From contig CANQWG010000001.1 in NCBI GenBank assembly GCA_947627505.1, positions 9,216 to 73,215 on the forward strand: a DNA stretch of 64,000 nucleotides, given 5' to 3'. The notes beneath the pieces were generated by a model. That model did not search any database and had not been told where the DNA came from. It saw nothing but the letters and a program-made list of their open reading frames with translations. The DNA is from an uncultured Bacilli bacterium. Lineage in GTDB: Bacteria; Bacillota_I; Bacilli_A; RFN20; CAG-449. Below, piece by piece: positions 49,935 through 59,508 of the stretch (positions within the stretch are counted from its first letter, which is position 1; the number at the start of each line of letters is the position of its first letter). Position numbers and translations under genes: made by a program.

Positions 49935-50692
49935 ATGTTTGAATTAAACAAAATTTACCTAGGAGACGCTTACGAGCTTATTAAAAAAATTCCCGACAAA
50001 AGCATTGATTTGATTGTTACTGATCCACCATATGAGATAAATACGATGACAGGCGGTGGAAATTGCATTATCAATGGAACGTTGGCAAAATGGAGCCAAA
50101 AAACTTGTTTTAAAGACTTGGGAGAAAACAAATTAAATATCGGAATAGATGAAAGTATTTTAAATGAATTTATGCGAATTTTAAAGTTACCAAACATTTA
50201 TATATGGTGTAATACAAAGCAAATATATAAATATTTAAAGTTTTTTGTAGGGAAACACAATTTGAATTTTAAACCTATAATTTGGAACAAAATAAACGCT
50301 ATGCCATTATGCGGAGGAAAATATCTTGATGATTGCGAATATTGCTTATATTTTTACAAAGGTATTCGCTTAAATGCTTCTTACGATACGGCAAAAACTG
50401 TTTATTATGAGCCGATAAATTATAACGATAAAAAACTTTTTTCACATCCGACAATTAAACCATTAAATATTATTAAGAATCTTATTATCAATTCTTCTAA
50501 CGGGGGGGGGGTATAATTCTAGATCCGTTTATCGGAAGCGGAACTACAGCAGTAGCGTGCAAGGAGCTTGGGCGTAACTATCTAGGTTTTGAAATCAATG
50601 AAAAATATTATCAAATCGCCGTTGATAGGATTAACGGTACAACTCAAAAAGAAAAGAAACAAGGAATAAAACAATTAACATTATTTGATTAA
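49935..50692 (+). pseudogene. Beta-class DNA methyltransferase (N4-cytosine or N6-adenine) interrupted by a frameshift in a G10 homopolymer (50502-50511)
   Basis: The upstream frame has DPPY motif IV (IVTDPPYEIN) and ends …SSNGGGV*. The downstream frame continues GIILDPFIGSGTTAVACKELGRNYLGFEINEKY (motif I, FxGxG). The frame is restored by +1 G or -2 G. Confidence 0.75.
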
Positions 50693-50705
50693 AAAAGGAG
50701 GAAAA

Positions 50706-50888
50706 ATGGATTACGAAAAAATTATTGACGCGTTAAAAACAATTAAAGAAGTATGCAAGAAATCAGACTGCACTGATGACAATTGTCCTTTTTGCGAAGA
50801 GGCAACTTGTTGTATTCAAAAAGTGGCGCCAGAGTATTGGGAAATTAAAGATATTGAAGAAATAGAACAAATTAAGGTTTTTAAATAA
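50706..50888 (+). CDS. Small Cys-rich phage protein (two CxxC motifs)
   Basis: Contains SDCTDDNCPFCEEATCC. Start MDYEK has AAGGAGG upstream. Confidence 0.4.
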   Translation: MDYEKIIDALKTIKEVCKKSDCTDDNCPFCEEATCCIQKVAPEYWEIKDIEEIEQIKVFK

Positions 50889-50894
50889 GTATGG

Positions 50895-51128
50895 GTGGTT
50901 AAAAAAATGAAGAGTAAATTATTATCATCGCCAAAAAAGGGTGCTTCAATCAAAGAAAAATTAGATTTTTACGATCATTTAATGGAACAAGGCGATTTAA
51001 CTTTAAAGCAGTTAAAAGTGCTAAGACAAAGATTGTATAAAATCGACACTTACTTCCAAGATTGCGAAATCATAATTCAAAAAGGCGTTCTGTTGGAATG
51101 TGTCAACGAACTAATTAAGGAGTATTAA
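50895..51128 (+). CDS. Hypothetical phage protein
   Basis: ORF only. Confidence 0.3.
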   Translation: MVKKMKSKLLSSPKKGASIKEKLDFYDHLMEQGDLTLKQLKVLRQRLYKIDTYFQDCEIIIQKGVLLECVNELIKEY

Positions 51129-51130
51129 AT

Positions 51131-51490
51131 ATGTTAACCGATGAATTGAGACAGCAAATAAAAGAATCAAATCTTACTAAAGAAGATTTAAAAGTTATTT
51201 TTTTAGATAACTTTATTAACAAGTATAAAGACGGATCATTGTATTTAAATTTAATCGATTTAGACTTTAGTGATTTTAATGGTGATATTTATATTTCAGG
51301 AATGAAAGTTAAGAAAAATTTATATCAATCTTGTCAAGAAGTTAAAGGTGATTTATTTCAAGATAATCAAGAAGTAAAAGGTGATTTATTTCAAGATAAT
51401 CAAGAAGTAAAAGGGGATTTATATCAAGATAATCAACAAGTACAAGGAAATATACGTTCATCCAAAAGCAAAATAAGAAAGGATAAATAA
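51131..51490 (+). CDS. Hypothetical phage protein with three 33-bp tandem repeats (QDNQEVKGDLF x3)
   Basis: The repeat CAAGAAGT(T/A)AAAGGTGATTTATTTCAAGATAAT occurs three times between 51331 and 51430. Confidence 0.4.
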   Translation: MLTDELRQQIKESNLTKEDLKVIFLDNFINKYKDGSLYLNLIDLDFSDFNGDIYISGMKVKKNLYQSCQEVKGDLFQDNQEVKGDLFQDNQEVKGDLYQDNQQVQGNIRSSKSKIRKDK

Positions 51491-51507
51491 ATTAAGGAGA
51501 AAAAACT

Positions 51508-51918
51508 ATGGGATTAACTATGAGAGCGTGCTATAAAGGTGCACTAGAATATGACTTTGGCTATGGAAGAATGTTTAGTTTGCGAGAAACCATTGCAAAG
51601 GAGGTATTAAAAGATAAATTCTACGTTTATACAGAGTGGTTAAAAACAAATCATAAAACACCAAAAGATGAATTATCAAAAATATGTGAAAATTTAAGAA
51701 AAGCGGTTGGATTATCAGTTTATTCATTTTTAACGCAATCTGATTGTGATGGTAAACTTACTCTTAAAGAAGTTAAGGACATTTACGAAAAGATTAAAGA
51801 TAGTAAAGCAAATCTATCCTTATGTTACGGGGCTTGGTATGACGAAGAAAGTGATAAAGACTTTATAAATTTGTTAGAAGATTGTATCGAACATAAACGT
51901 GGTTTGAAGTGGTTTTAA
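51508..51918 (+). CDS. Hypothetical phage protein
   Basis: ORF with an RBS. Confidence 0.35.
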   Translation: MGLTMRACYKGALEYDFGYGRMFSLRETIAKEVLKDKFYVYTEWLKTNHKTPKDELSKICENLRKAVGLSVYSFLTQSDCDGKLTLKEVKDIYEKIKDSKANLSLCYGAWYDEESDKDFINLLEDCIEHKRGLKWF

Positions 51919-51936
51919 AAAAAAGAAAGAAAAATA

Positions 51937-52134
51937 ATGATTGACAATATAACGTTTTGTGAACTTTGTAAAAAGCAATTACAAAAAGAATTAGGATTTA
52001 AAGCAGATGAAATAATGCTTATGGAAACAGAGCAAAATGCTGATAAACAAGACGAATTACCATATTATTATCTATTTGTTTATAAAGGAAAACGATATAG
52101 ATATATATTTGGTAAATTAACAGAACAAAAATAA
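51937..52134 (+). CDS. Hypothetical small phage protein
   Basis: ORF only. Confidence 0.3.
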   Translation: MIDNITFCELCKKQLQKELGFKADEIMLMETEQNADKQDELPYYYLFVYKGKRYRYIFGKLTEQK

Positions 52135-52150
52135 GAGGAGAAAAAAATAA

Positions 52151-52486
52151 ATGAAACATAATCAACTTTTGAAATCATGGCAAAAACGCCTTAGACTCAA
52201 CGATTGGACATTTAAAGTCATAGATTTATGCTCACCAGAAGATTTTAAATTAAGTGGTGTATGTGGTGAATGTGATTATCAAGAGGTAAACAAGAGTGCA
52301 ATTATTCGTATTATTTCTCCTGATTTTTATGGAGATCGCCTTATTCCGTTTAATTACGAAAAAATATTAGTGCATGAACTATTACATGTAAAATTTGCTC
52401 TTTTAGAGAATAGTGAAAACGAACTTCAAAATAGGATTGCTCATCAACTTATCGAAGATTTATCTCGAGCGTTTGTAGGAATGTAA
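52151..52486 (+). CDS. Hypothetical phage protein
   Basis: ORF only. Confidence 0.35.
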   Translation: MKHNQLLKSWQKRLRLNDWTFKVIDLCSPEDFKLSGVCGECDYQEVNKSAIIRIISPDFYGDRLIPFNYEKILVHELLHVKFALLENSENELQNRIAHQLIEDLSRAFVGM

Positions 52487-52498
52487 GGAGGAAAAGAA

Positions 52499-53068
52499 AT
52501 GAAAGCAGACGAATATTTAGTAGAAATGTTAGAAAACATTAAAGCAGAAAACGAGAAACTAAAAAAAGAAATCAAAGAATTAAAAGAAGAACGATACAAT
52601 TTATTAGGACAAAGGGATACTCTTACTTCTGGTGATGATACAAATATGACGATAATTGAGAAAACAGGAAATATTTTTGAAATATCTTATTTTCAAGATT
52701 ATGAAATTATATCTGCAATAAACGATAATAAAATAACAATAAGAGACTTAGGAGAAGCTTTGTTAGATGATAATAAAATATTACAAAAACTTGAGGAAAA
52801 TTTAGGTGTTAATAAAAAATATTATTTAGCTCATGTTGATCCATTTCAGTATGAGTATTTGATAAAATTTTTAGGCAGAACAATAGCAGTTCCTAGGAAT
52901 GCGTTTCGTCAATCATTAGATTGCGAATACAGCATTGTTCATTGTTATAATATCGATAATAAAAGTTATTTTTTAGATTATGAACAAGCCAAAAAAGCAG
53001 TTATTGAAAAAGCAAGAGACGAAATTAGAAAAGCTTTAGATATATTCACAGGGGTTGAGGAACAATGA
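52499..53068 (+). CDS. Hypothetical phage protein (N-terminal coiled coil)
   Basis: ORF only. Confidence 0.35.
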   Translation: MKADEYLVEMLENIKAENEKLKKEIKELKEERYNLLGQRDTLTSGDDTNMTIIEKTGNIFEISYFQDYEIISAINDNKITIRDLGEALLDDNKILQKLEENLGVNKKYYLAHVDPFQYEYLIKFLGRTIAVPRNAFRQSLDCEYSIVHCYNIDNKSYFLDYEQAKKAVIEKARDEIRKALDIFTGVEEQ

Positions 53069-53655
53069 AATCAGTTTTAATTCCTATTCACCCTAAATGG
53101 TGTGAATTTATCGCAAATGGCAAAAAAACTGTAGAAGTAAGAAAAAACAAACCCAAATTAGAAGTTCCGTTTAAGTGTTATATTTATTGTACAAAAGGGG
53201 GAAATCTACTTCGACTGATTGATGTATATGCCCTTTGTCAAAAACATATTAAAGACAAAAATAAGTTTGATGAGCATTATAAAACAGTTCGAATTTCTCA
53301 ATCTCATTATTGTACTAATCCCATTGTAAATGGCAAGGTTATTGGCGAGTTTGTGTGCGACCAAATAGACGAATTTCACGATTGGCAACTAAAACCATAC
53401 GGCAAGTTTAGAGACAACGAACAAAAGGAATTGGAAAATTTCTTGAAAAAAAGCTGTTTGTCATATGATGAAGTGTTGGAATATCGCAAAAATTTGGAGT
53501 ATTATCAACCCATTTACGGCTGGCATATCTCTAATTTTAAGATATATGAAGAATCCCGAGAATTAAGTGGGTTTACCAATTTACAAGGTAAAAAAATAAT
53601 GAAAGCACCACAAAGTTGGATGTATGTAATAAACAAAGGAGATAAAAAACTATGA
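53065..53655 (+). CDS. ASCH-domain protein
   Basis: MKSVLIPIHPKWCEFIANGKKTVEVRK is an ASCH-like start. Confidence 0.45.
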   Translation: MKSVLIPIHPKWCEFIANGKKTVEVRKNKPKLEVPFKCYIYCTKGGNLLRLIDVYALCQKHIKDKNKFDEHYKTVRISQSHYCTNPIVNGKVIGEFVCDQIDEFHDWQLKPYGKFRDNEQKELENFLKKSCLSYDEVLEYRKNLEYYQPIYGWHISNFKIYEESRELSGFTNLQGKKIMKAPQSWMYVINKGDKKL

Positions 53656-53990
53656 AAAACTTTTATAACATCGGCGAATCTACAAAATATGCAATGACAG
53701 AATATGAAAAATATTTGGAAGCAAAGCGCCAAACTGTATTAGATACTATAAAGCCTATTTGTGAGGCATTTGGCATAACGAATTATGATTATATTGTTAA
53801 AACATCAGGGCAACGAGAAACGCTCGTTGTAGAAAACACCAAAATAGGCTGTTCCGATGATTCTATTGGAGCAATAGTGCAAGAACTTGTCAACTACATT
53901 TGGATCCAGTGTGGCTGTATTAACCGATTATCCCAATATAGAAAATATATCAAAAATACACTTACAGGATATTGGTTAAAAGGAGAGTAA
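53652..53990 (+). CDS. Hypothetical phage protein
   Basis: ORF only. Confidence 0.35.
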   Translation: MKNFYNIGESTKYAMTEYEKYLEAKRQTVLDTIKPICEAFGITNYDYIVKTSGQRETLVVENTKIGCSDDSIGAIVQELVNYIWIQCGCINRLSQYRKYIKNTLTGYWLKGE

Positions 53991-53993
53991 ACA

Positions 53994-54659
53994 ATGAAAA
54001 AAACAAAAATAGATTGGTGCGATGTAACGCTGAATCCGGTTGTGGGTTGTAAAAATAATTGCCCATATTGCTATGCAAAGAAACTTAACGATAGATTTCA
54101 TTTTGTTGAAAATTGGAATGAACCACAATTTTTCCCCGAAAGATTAAAAGAATTAAATTCTAAAAAACCAAAATCAATCTTTATGAATAGCATGAGCGAT
54201 ATAGGATTTTGGAAAGAAGAGTGGTTAAGTGCCACATTTGAAGCTATGCAAAAGAATCCTCAGCATAAATACATTTTCTTGTCAAAATGTCAAAACGGCT
54301 TTTTAGGGAAACTAAAATTCTATATGGGGTTAGAAGATATAGCGTTCTTTGGTTTATCTATTACTACGGCACAAGATTGGCAAAAACTGCAAGGTAGCCA
54401 CTTTGATTTTGTCAGCATAGAGCCGCTTTTGGAAGACTTAGGCTTGCACAGATACAGCTATCATCCTTTGTCGTTAGAACAAATTATTATCGGTGCTGAA
54501 ACAGGCAACAGAAAAAACAAGATCGTTCCTAAAAAAGAGTGGGTAAACAAGATCGTTGAATTTGCAGACGAACATAATATTAGAGTGTTTATGAAATCAA
54601 GCTTAAAGGATATTATGGGCAAAGATTTTAGGCAAGATCCATTGCTTTGGAACAAATAA
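53994..54659 (+). CDS. Phage Gp37/Gp68-family protein (DUF5131)
   Basis: TKIDWCDVTLNPVVGCKNNCPYCYAKK is the characteristic N-terminus. Confidence 0.6.
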   Translation: MKKTKIDWCDVTLNPVVGCKNNCPYCYAKKLNDRFHFVENWNEPQFFPERLKELNSKKPKSIFMNSMSDIGFWKEEWLSATFEAMQKNPQHKYIFLSKCQNGFLGKLKFYMGLEDIAFFGLSITTAQDWQKLQGSHFDFVSIEPLLEDLGLHRYSYHPLSLEQIIIGAETGNRKNKIVPKKEWVNKIVEFADEHNIRVFMKSSLKDIMGKDFRQDPLLWNK

Positions 54660-54670
54660 AAAAAAGAGGA

Positions 54671-54910
54671 TTACTCCTCTTTTTTAATGTCATTAAGTAT
54701 TAACTTTCTTATATAATCGGCTTTGTTTGGAACACTATCAAGTTTATTGAGAATTTCTATGTCGTTTATAAGATTATATCTCACGCTGATGCAACGAGTA
54801 TTCGCTTGGTGCCAATGGTTGATTCGGGTTAAAATAGCTTTTTTCCTTTGCTTTTCAGTTTTGTACTTAACGTTATGTGCTCCGCCTCTAGTTTCCTTTT
54901 TTTGGGGCAT
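54671..54910 (-). CDS. Small basic ribbon-helix-helix-like DNA-binding protein; last gene of the antisense island
   Basis: Basic N-terminus plus DSVPNKADYIRKLILNDI (RHH helix 2-like). Confidence 0.3.
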   Translation of the reverse strand: MPQKKETRGGAHNVKYKTEKQRKKAILTRINHWHQANTRCISVRYNLINDIEILNKLDSVPNKADYIRKLILNDIKKEE

Positions 54911-55166
54911 ATTTTTCTTGTCTCCTTAGTAATTTTTGTTTTGCTTCGTCAAGTTGTTCTTGTTCTAATTCGTAAGGCGGTCTACTTACGAAAATTTGTT
55001 TAACAAATTTTTTACCTTTTTTTGGCACCCAATGGCAACAAGAGCAAATATTATGTATTTCAATTATTTTCTCTGCATATTCCCTAGAGCGCGAGTAAAT
55101 AGTCATTCCTAATTTTGATGATTCGTCTATAAAACTATAGGCATTTATTTCAAATAATTCTTCCAT
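54888..55166 (-). CDS. Hypothetical protein with a CxxC…H cluster
   Basis: ORF in the antisense island; contains ICSCCHW. Confidence 0.3.
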   Translation of the reverse strand: MEELFEINAYSFIDESSKLGMTIYSRSREYAEKIIEIHNICSCCHWVPKKGKKFVKQIFVSRPPYELEQEQLDEAKQKLLRRQEKYAPKKGN

Positions 55167-55263
55167 AGCATATTGTCCTTTATTAGTTTAGCATTTTTAT
55201 TTTTTATTTACTACTTAATTTGTTTAATGCTTTAGTTGCATTTTCTTATCCTCCTTATAATGA

Positions 55264-55443
55264 TTATCTTTTTTGTTCTTTATTTAACTTGTCTGCGTAT
55301 TCTTGTGCTTCTTGATATGTATTAAAGATTCCTCCGCTATATTCCACGTTTCCAGAATGTATAGTTTTATTTGTATCCTTGATTCTTTGTACTTGATAGA
55401 CATCGCGTCCAATATAATTAGTTGTAACTTTCCACTCACTCAT
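55264..55443 (-). CDS. Small hypothetical protein (59 aa), not in the ORF track
   Basis: Read by hand: MSEWKVTTNYIGRDVYQVQRIKDTNKTIHSGNVEYSGGIFNTYQEAQEYADKLNKEQKR, with RBS GGAGGA upstream. Confidence 0.4.
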   Translation of the reverse strand: MSEWKVTTNYIGRDVYQVQRIKDTNKTIHSGNVEYSGGIFNTYQEAQEYADKLNKEQKR

Positions 55444-55467
55444 TTACTAATCCTCCTTATAAAATTC

Positions 55468-55638
55468 TTAAATGGTCGTAATGCTTGTTAGTGTTATTTC
55501 ATCAGATTCGCAGTCCCTAGAAGTATTTATTAGTAAAATACATTCATTATTGTATGTTTGATCCGGACAGTTTTGCGCGATCCATTCGTCGTACTCTTTT
55601 TGATTTTTAAAAGTTTTATCAATAATATATTCATTCAT
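55468..55638 (-). CDS. Small hypothetical protein (56 aa), not in the ORF track
   Basis: Read by hand: MNEYIIDKTFKNQKEYDEWIAQNCPDQTYNNECILLINTSRDCESDEITLTSITTI, with RBS GGAGAAATAG upstream. Confidence 0.35.
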   Translation of the reverse strand: MNEYIIDKTFKNQKEYDEWIAQNCPDQTYNNECILLINTSRDCESDEITLTSITTI

Positions 55639-55653
55639 CTTTCTATTTCTCCT

Positions 55654-55923
55654 TTACACCATAATATTTACTATTATTAAATCTTTGCTTGATTCATATT
55701 CGATACATGTAAGATACACTTCAAAACCTTTGATAAATAAGTGAATATCATCAGCAAATGCTTTTTTTTTCACGTCAACTTTAAATCCGTTTTTTTTCAG
55801 GGCTTCAAAGACTTCTCCGTTATATTTAGAGTATGAATATTCTTTTTTTAAAGAATAATAACCATCATCTTCTTTGAAGCCTTTATATCGCTTTAAATAA
55901 TTCTTTAAATCTTTTCTTTCCAT
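55654..55923 (-). CDS. Small hypothetical protein (89 aa; start at MERKD)
   Basis: The internal Met has AAAGGAG 8 nt upstream. The longer annotated start would overlap the neighbouring gene. Confidence 0.4.
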   Translation of the reverse strand: MERKDLKNYLKRYKGFKEDDGYYSLKKEYSYSKYNGEVFEALKKNGFKVDVKKKAFADDIHLFIKGFEVYLTCIEYESSKDLIIVNIMV

Positions 55924-55945
55924 CGTTCTTGCTCCTTTAGACTTG

Positions 55946-56572
55946 CTAATAAACTCGGCTAATGCCACCGTTTTTTGCGACAATACCGATTTTGCCAAGA
56001 TCGCTAAAATCTGGAACATCAAGATTATAAACGTAAGAGTAGGGAAACATCATTCCTTCGCTATCTGCTTTTAAGTCTTCTTGCTCCATTTCCCATTCTT
56101 CTGGATATTGAGAGATGAACAGAAGGGATAAGCAAAGACCAAAATTAAATCTTGTCAGTTGCGCATGATAGACTAGCGCGTGTCTTTGATCTTCAAATTT
56201 TTTGATGATATCTACAAACACTTGTTTATTTTTTACCAAATAAAGAATCCCATCAAAGATTTTATTTTGGCGTTCAGAGTAATAAACGGTGTTATCCGTT
56301 TCAAATTCTTTAATAACATTTGGAAGTAATTTTAAAGATTTCATTCTATTGATTGCTTCCGCTTTCTGAAAGATTTTCAAAATTTCATAATACTTTTCGC
56401 CATCCAAAGAGGGAATATAAATTCCCTCGATTTCGTCATTGTCTAAATAGTGAATCTTTAATTCTTTTGTTTCGCAATTCAATTCGGCAAAAATTATTTG
56501 TTCGTTCTCTTCGAAGTCAAAATAATTATATAAATCATTTGATTGGTCGGTCGTTAAAAAAATTGTTTCCAT
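55946..56572 (-). CDS. Hypothetical acidic protein (208 aa)
   Basis: ORF in the antisense island. Confidence 0.45.
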   Translation of the reverse strand: METIFLTTDQSNDLYNYFDFEENEQIIFAELNCETKELKIHYLDNDEIEGIYIPSLDGEKYYEILKIFQKAEAINRMKSLKLLPNVIKEFETDNTVYYSERQNKIFDGILYLVKNKQVFVDIIKKFEDQRHALVYHAQLTRFNFGLCLSLLFISQYPEEWEMEQEDLKADSEGMMFPYSYVYNLDVPDFSDLGKIGIVAKNGGISRVY

Positions 56573-56598
56573 TGTTGAGTCTCCTTTCTTTTAGCGAG

Positions 56599-56943
56599 TT
56601 AATCTATGAAGTCCTTTTCGACAACTTCGATTTTATCGCCACAATAGATCATGGGCTTTTCATTTTTAAACCAATTAAGCAAAACTTGTGTTTCATTGAA
56701 GCATTCATAAATTTCGGTGCTATAGAAGCATTCGCCGTATTCGTTAGTAATTTTAACTTGATAAGGTCTAGTTACTTCGTAAATATCGATTGTAATGTCT
56801 TCGTCTTCATAATGGATTGGCTTATGCTCTAGATCATCTTCATATTTATCTTTAAGATCTTCGATCAATCCTTCAAATAACCAAGGATTTTCTTTGTAAA
56901 ATTCCTCATATTTTGGGGCTACTTTAATATCAATTTTTCTCAT
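56599..56943 (-). CDS. Hypothetical acidic protein (114 aa)
   Basis: ORF in the antisense island. Confidence 0.45.
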   Translation of the reverse strand: MRKIDIKVAPKYEEFYKENPWLFEGLIEDLKDKYEDDLEHKPIHYEDEDITIDIYEVTRPYQVKITNEYGECFYSTEIYECFNETQVLLNWFKNEKPMIYCGDKIEVVEKDFID

Positions 56944-57022
56944 TTTAATTTCTCCTTTTTTCTTTCTTATAATTCTTTCTTTTAAAGTGGTGTTTTTAGT
57001 GTTATCGCCTCACTTTTGATGA

Positions 57023-58132
57023 TTATTCTTTTATGTCTAGAATTAAATTAGTTGCTTTTCTGGATTGGCCAATGGTGCTTAAAATGTTGTGCTTGATTCC
57101 TTCCTTTAGTCCTTGACCCCAACTCTTTAAATAAGCGATGCTGTTGTTAAGTAGATCATCGGTCATTATTTTTAGTGAAATCATGGAATAAAGGCTGGAT
57201 AACTCTGCGACAAGTTCTTCTTTGCTGTAAGTAGTAGAAGCGAATCCACAACTGCTAGTCAGGGTTTTCCGATTCAGAAGCGAGTGATGCCCTGTTGAGT
57301 GGGCGAACTCATGCAACATCGTTTGGTAGTAATTTTCAATCGATTCAAATTGGTTTTTAGTCGGAATTGTGACGCTATGATCAGAAGGGCGATAGAACGC
57401 GCAATTTTGTGCGACTTCTTTAAAAGTTAAGTGGGCTCTTTCAATGTAAGATTCTTTAATTTTTTCCACTTTTTGAATGCGCTTTAAATCATTCTCTGGC
57501 TGTTCTGCCTCATCTTCAATCTTCCACAACTCTTTAACATTCAAGCCGCAATCTTCCGCTTTGAATAAATATTCCAATACATATTGAAATTTTCGATATT
57601 TAAATTGTTGCTTGATATTATCCCATTCTAAACTTTCATTAAATTCTTTTTCGTTGCCTTTAGAATCGGTGTATTTGAATTTAACTTTGACTTCTAATTT
57701 TACACCGGCGATAAGTTGTTCTATTTCTTCTTTTAATTCTTCTTTGTCTTTCATTTCTTTTTCTAGTGCTTCTCGCTCGATAGTTGTTAAGTATTTGTAA
57801 AATTTACATGCTTTGTAGTTTGGCGTGCCTTTAGCGCCTTTGTTTAGATGCAATTTGTGCTCTTTGATTTGCTTAAAAGTGACATAGAATCCAGCCGGCA
57901 CAAAGAGTGGATCATATTCTTTCATCGTGTAAGTGTTAATTGCCAGCATGTCATCCATTACTAGGTCGTAAATACTTCTTGTTGTCTGATTGGTTGTAGT
58001 GGTCCAAGTCTTGCGCCACGCTTTAACGTTGCCAGATTCAATTATTTCGATAATTTTTTCGGCAGTTGCAACGTTCATTTGGTAGTCGTTCTTGACCGCC
58101 GGATTTTTAGATTTTAAATTTTCTTTCTTCAT
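57023..58132 (-). CDS. ArdC-like anti-restriction protein (N-terminal ssDNA-binding domain plus C-terminal HExxH metalloprotease)
   Basis: N-terminal …ESGNVKAWRKTWTTTT (DUF1738-like) and C-terminal MLHEFAHSTGHHSLLNR zincin motif. Start at MKKENLK. Confidence 0.55.
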   Translation of the reverse strand: MKKENLKSKNPAVKNDYQMNVATAEKIIEIIESGNVKAWRKTWTTTTNQTTRSIYDLVMDDMLAINTYTMKEYDPLFVPAGFYVTFKQIKEHKLHLNKGAKGTPNYKACKFYKYLTTIEREALEKEMKDKEELKEEIEQLIAGVKLEVKVKFKYTDSKGNEKEFNESLEWDNIKQQFKYRKFQYVLEYLFKAEDCGLNVKELWKIEDEAEQPENDLKRIQKVEKIKESYIERAHLTFKEVAQNCAFYRPSDHSVTIPTKNQFESIENYYQTMLHEFAHSTGHHSLLNRKTLTSSCGFASTTYSKEELVAELSSLYSMISLKIMTDDLLNNSIAYLKSWGQGLKEGIKHNILSTIGQSRKATNLILDIKE

Positions 58133-58183
58133 TTGGGTTTCCTCTTTCTTTCTGGCGTTTGTTTTGGTAGAATAGAGGCACAA

Positions 58184-59508
58184 ACGCCGTAAGGCCTTTG
58201 GGAATAGTCTTTTAATTGCTGGCAGGCATTTTAAGGCTATTTTTTAATTTAAGAAATATATATAAAACGCTATATAAAGCGTGTAAATATCCTAATTACA
58301 CAGGGGGACGATTTATTCTATTAGGTTTTCGCCTCTAATATTTGGCGCCGTCCGCGTCTATCGTGTCGTTAATTTCATTTGGCAGTGAAACGATATAACA
58401 TCTACCAAATATACAAGTTTGCAAAGAACGATTTTTTTGTTGTGTCTCCACAATTTGTTAAAGTCCCTTGCAATTCAGGGACTTATTGATTATAATTTAT
58501 TTGTGTTTTAGATAGGGCGATAAGTTATTTATCGTATCTATCTTTTTTTACTTCTACAATAATTTTTAGAAGTATAAACAAAGTAATAATAGTTATAATA
58601 CTATCCATACTCTGATTTACTCCAATAAATCAATAAGTGTAAATTGCAAAGAACCGTTAACGAGATTAACATTTTGCAATGCCTTTCTCATCGCTAGGTT
58701 GCCCTAACGACAAACACATCTTAATTGACTTTGAAATATTAGTCAAGCACAATTTTTCAATAATCGCTTTTTTGCGCAAAATTATATTACATGTAATATA
58801 AAAAAATTAAAAAATTTTTTCTTTTCTTTATTTATTTCTTTTACTTTTTATGGTTTTTTCTTCTTTCGATTTTTGGCTTCTGGAAGCAATCAGAGCGAAC
58901 AAAGAGCACAATAAAAAGCGCATTAGAAGCAACAGTCACAACGCGCCAAAGTTATAATTTTTTATATATTTCTTATCTTTAGATAATCTATTACTTAGTC
59001 TTTAAGTTTACTTAATCTATTAGTTATTTAATTATATAAATATATTTTAATTATTATTAAATATATAATACTTACTTTAGATACTATAAATGTATAGAGA
59101 ATATTATAAAAGCCGGAAATAGACATCGCTTGAAAAAGTAAAAAAAAAGAAATTAGTTATTATTAAATAACTAAAAGTTTTTAACGTGCACAATCTCTAT
59201 GAATTGCTCCAAAACAATAAAAAGCCCTAAAAATAAGCACTTTTTAAAAAGTGTAAGGGAATTTTTAAGAATTTACTAGTTGCAAGGGTATTAAATAGTA
59301 CTAGTAATATAAGACATCTATCAATCAACCAAGACCAACACCCACCCCCCATACCGGCGACAAAGGGGGAGGGTGGCAAAAATAAAACAATGTCTCAAAA
59401 TAAATTTTTTTCATTTTTAAGAGAAACATAGGAGGGTGTCTTACTACCTTTTTTCTACCTAGCACTTAGAATGGAGCGAATTTTAAAATTAAGTTGAGGT
59501 GAAGTGTC
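58184..59508. other. 1.3-kb AT-rich non-coding region between the antisense island and the terminase genes. It contains hairpins and short repeats and is a candidate pac/cos and promoter region.
   Basis: No ORF over 60 aa on either strand. Hairpins at 58465-58490 (AAGTCCCT…AGGGACTT) and 59340-59380 (CCCACCCCCC…GGGGGAGGGTGG). TTACTTA-type repeats at 58990-59040. Confidence 0.5.

Noticed and set aside
53206-54929. Short ORFs 53206-53388, 53514-53732, 54461-54655, 54723-54929 and 55303-55491
   Set aside because: They are antisense to, or overlap, better-supported phage genes. The 55303-55491 plus-strand ORF runs antisense to the two hand-annotated small minus-strand genes, which have proper RBSs.
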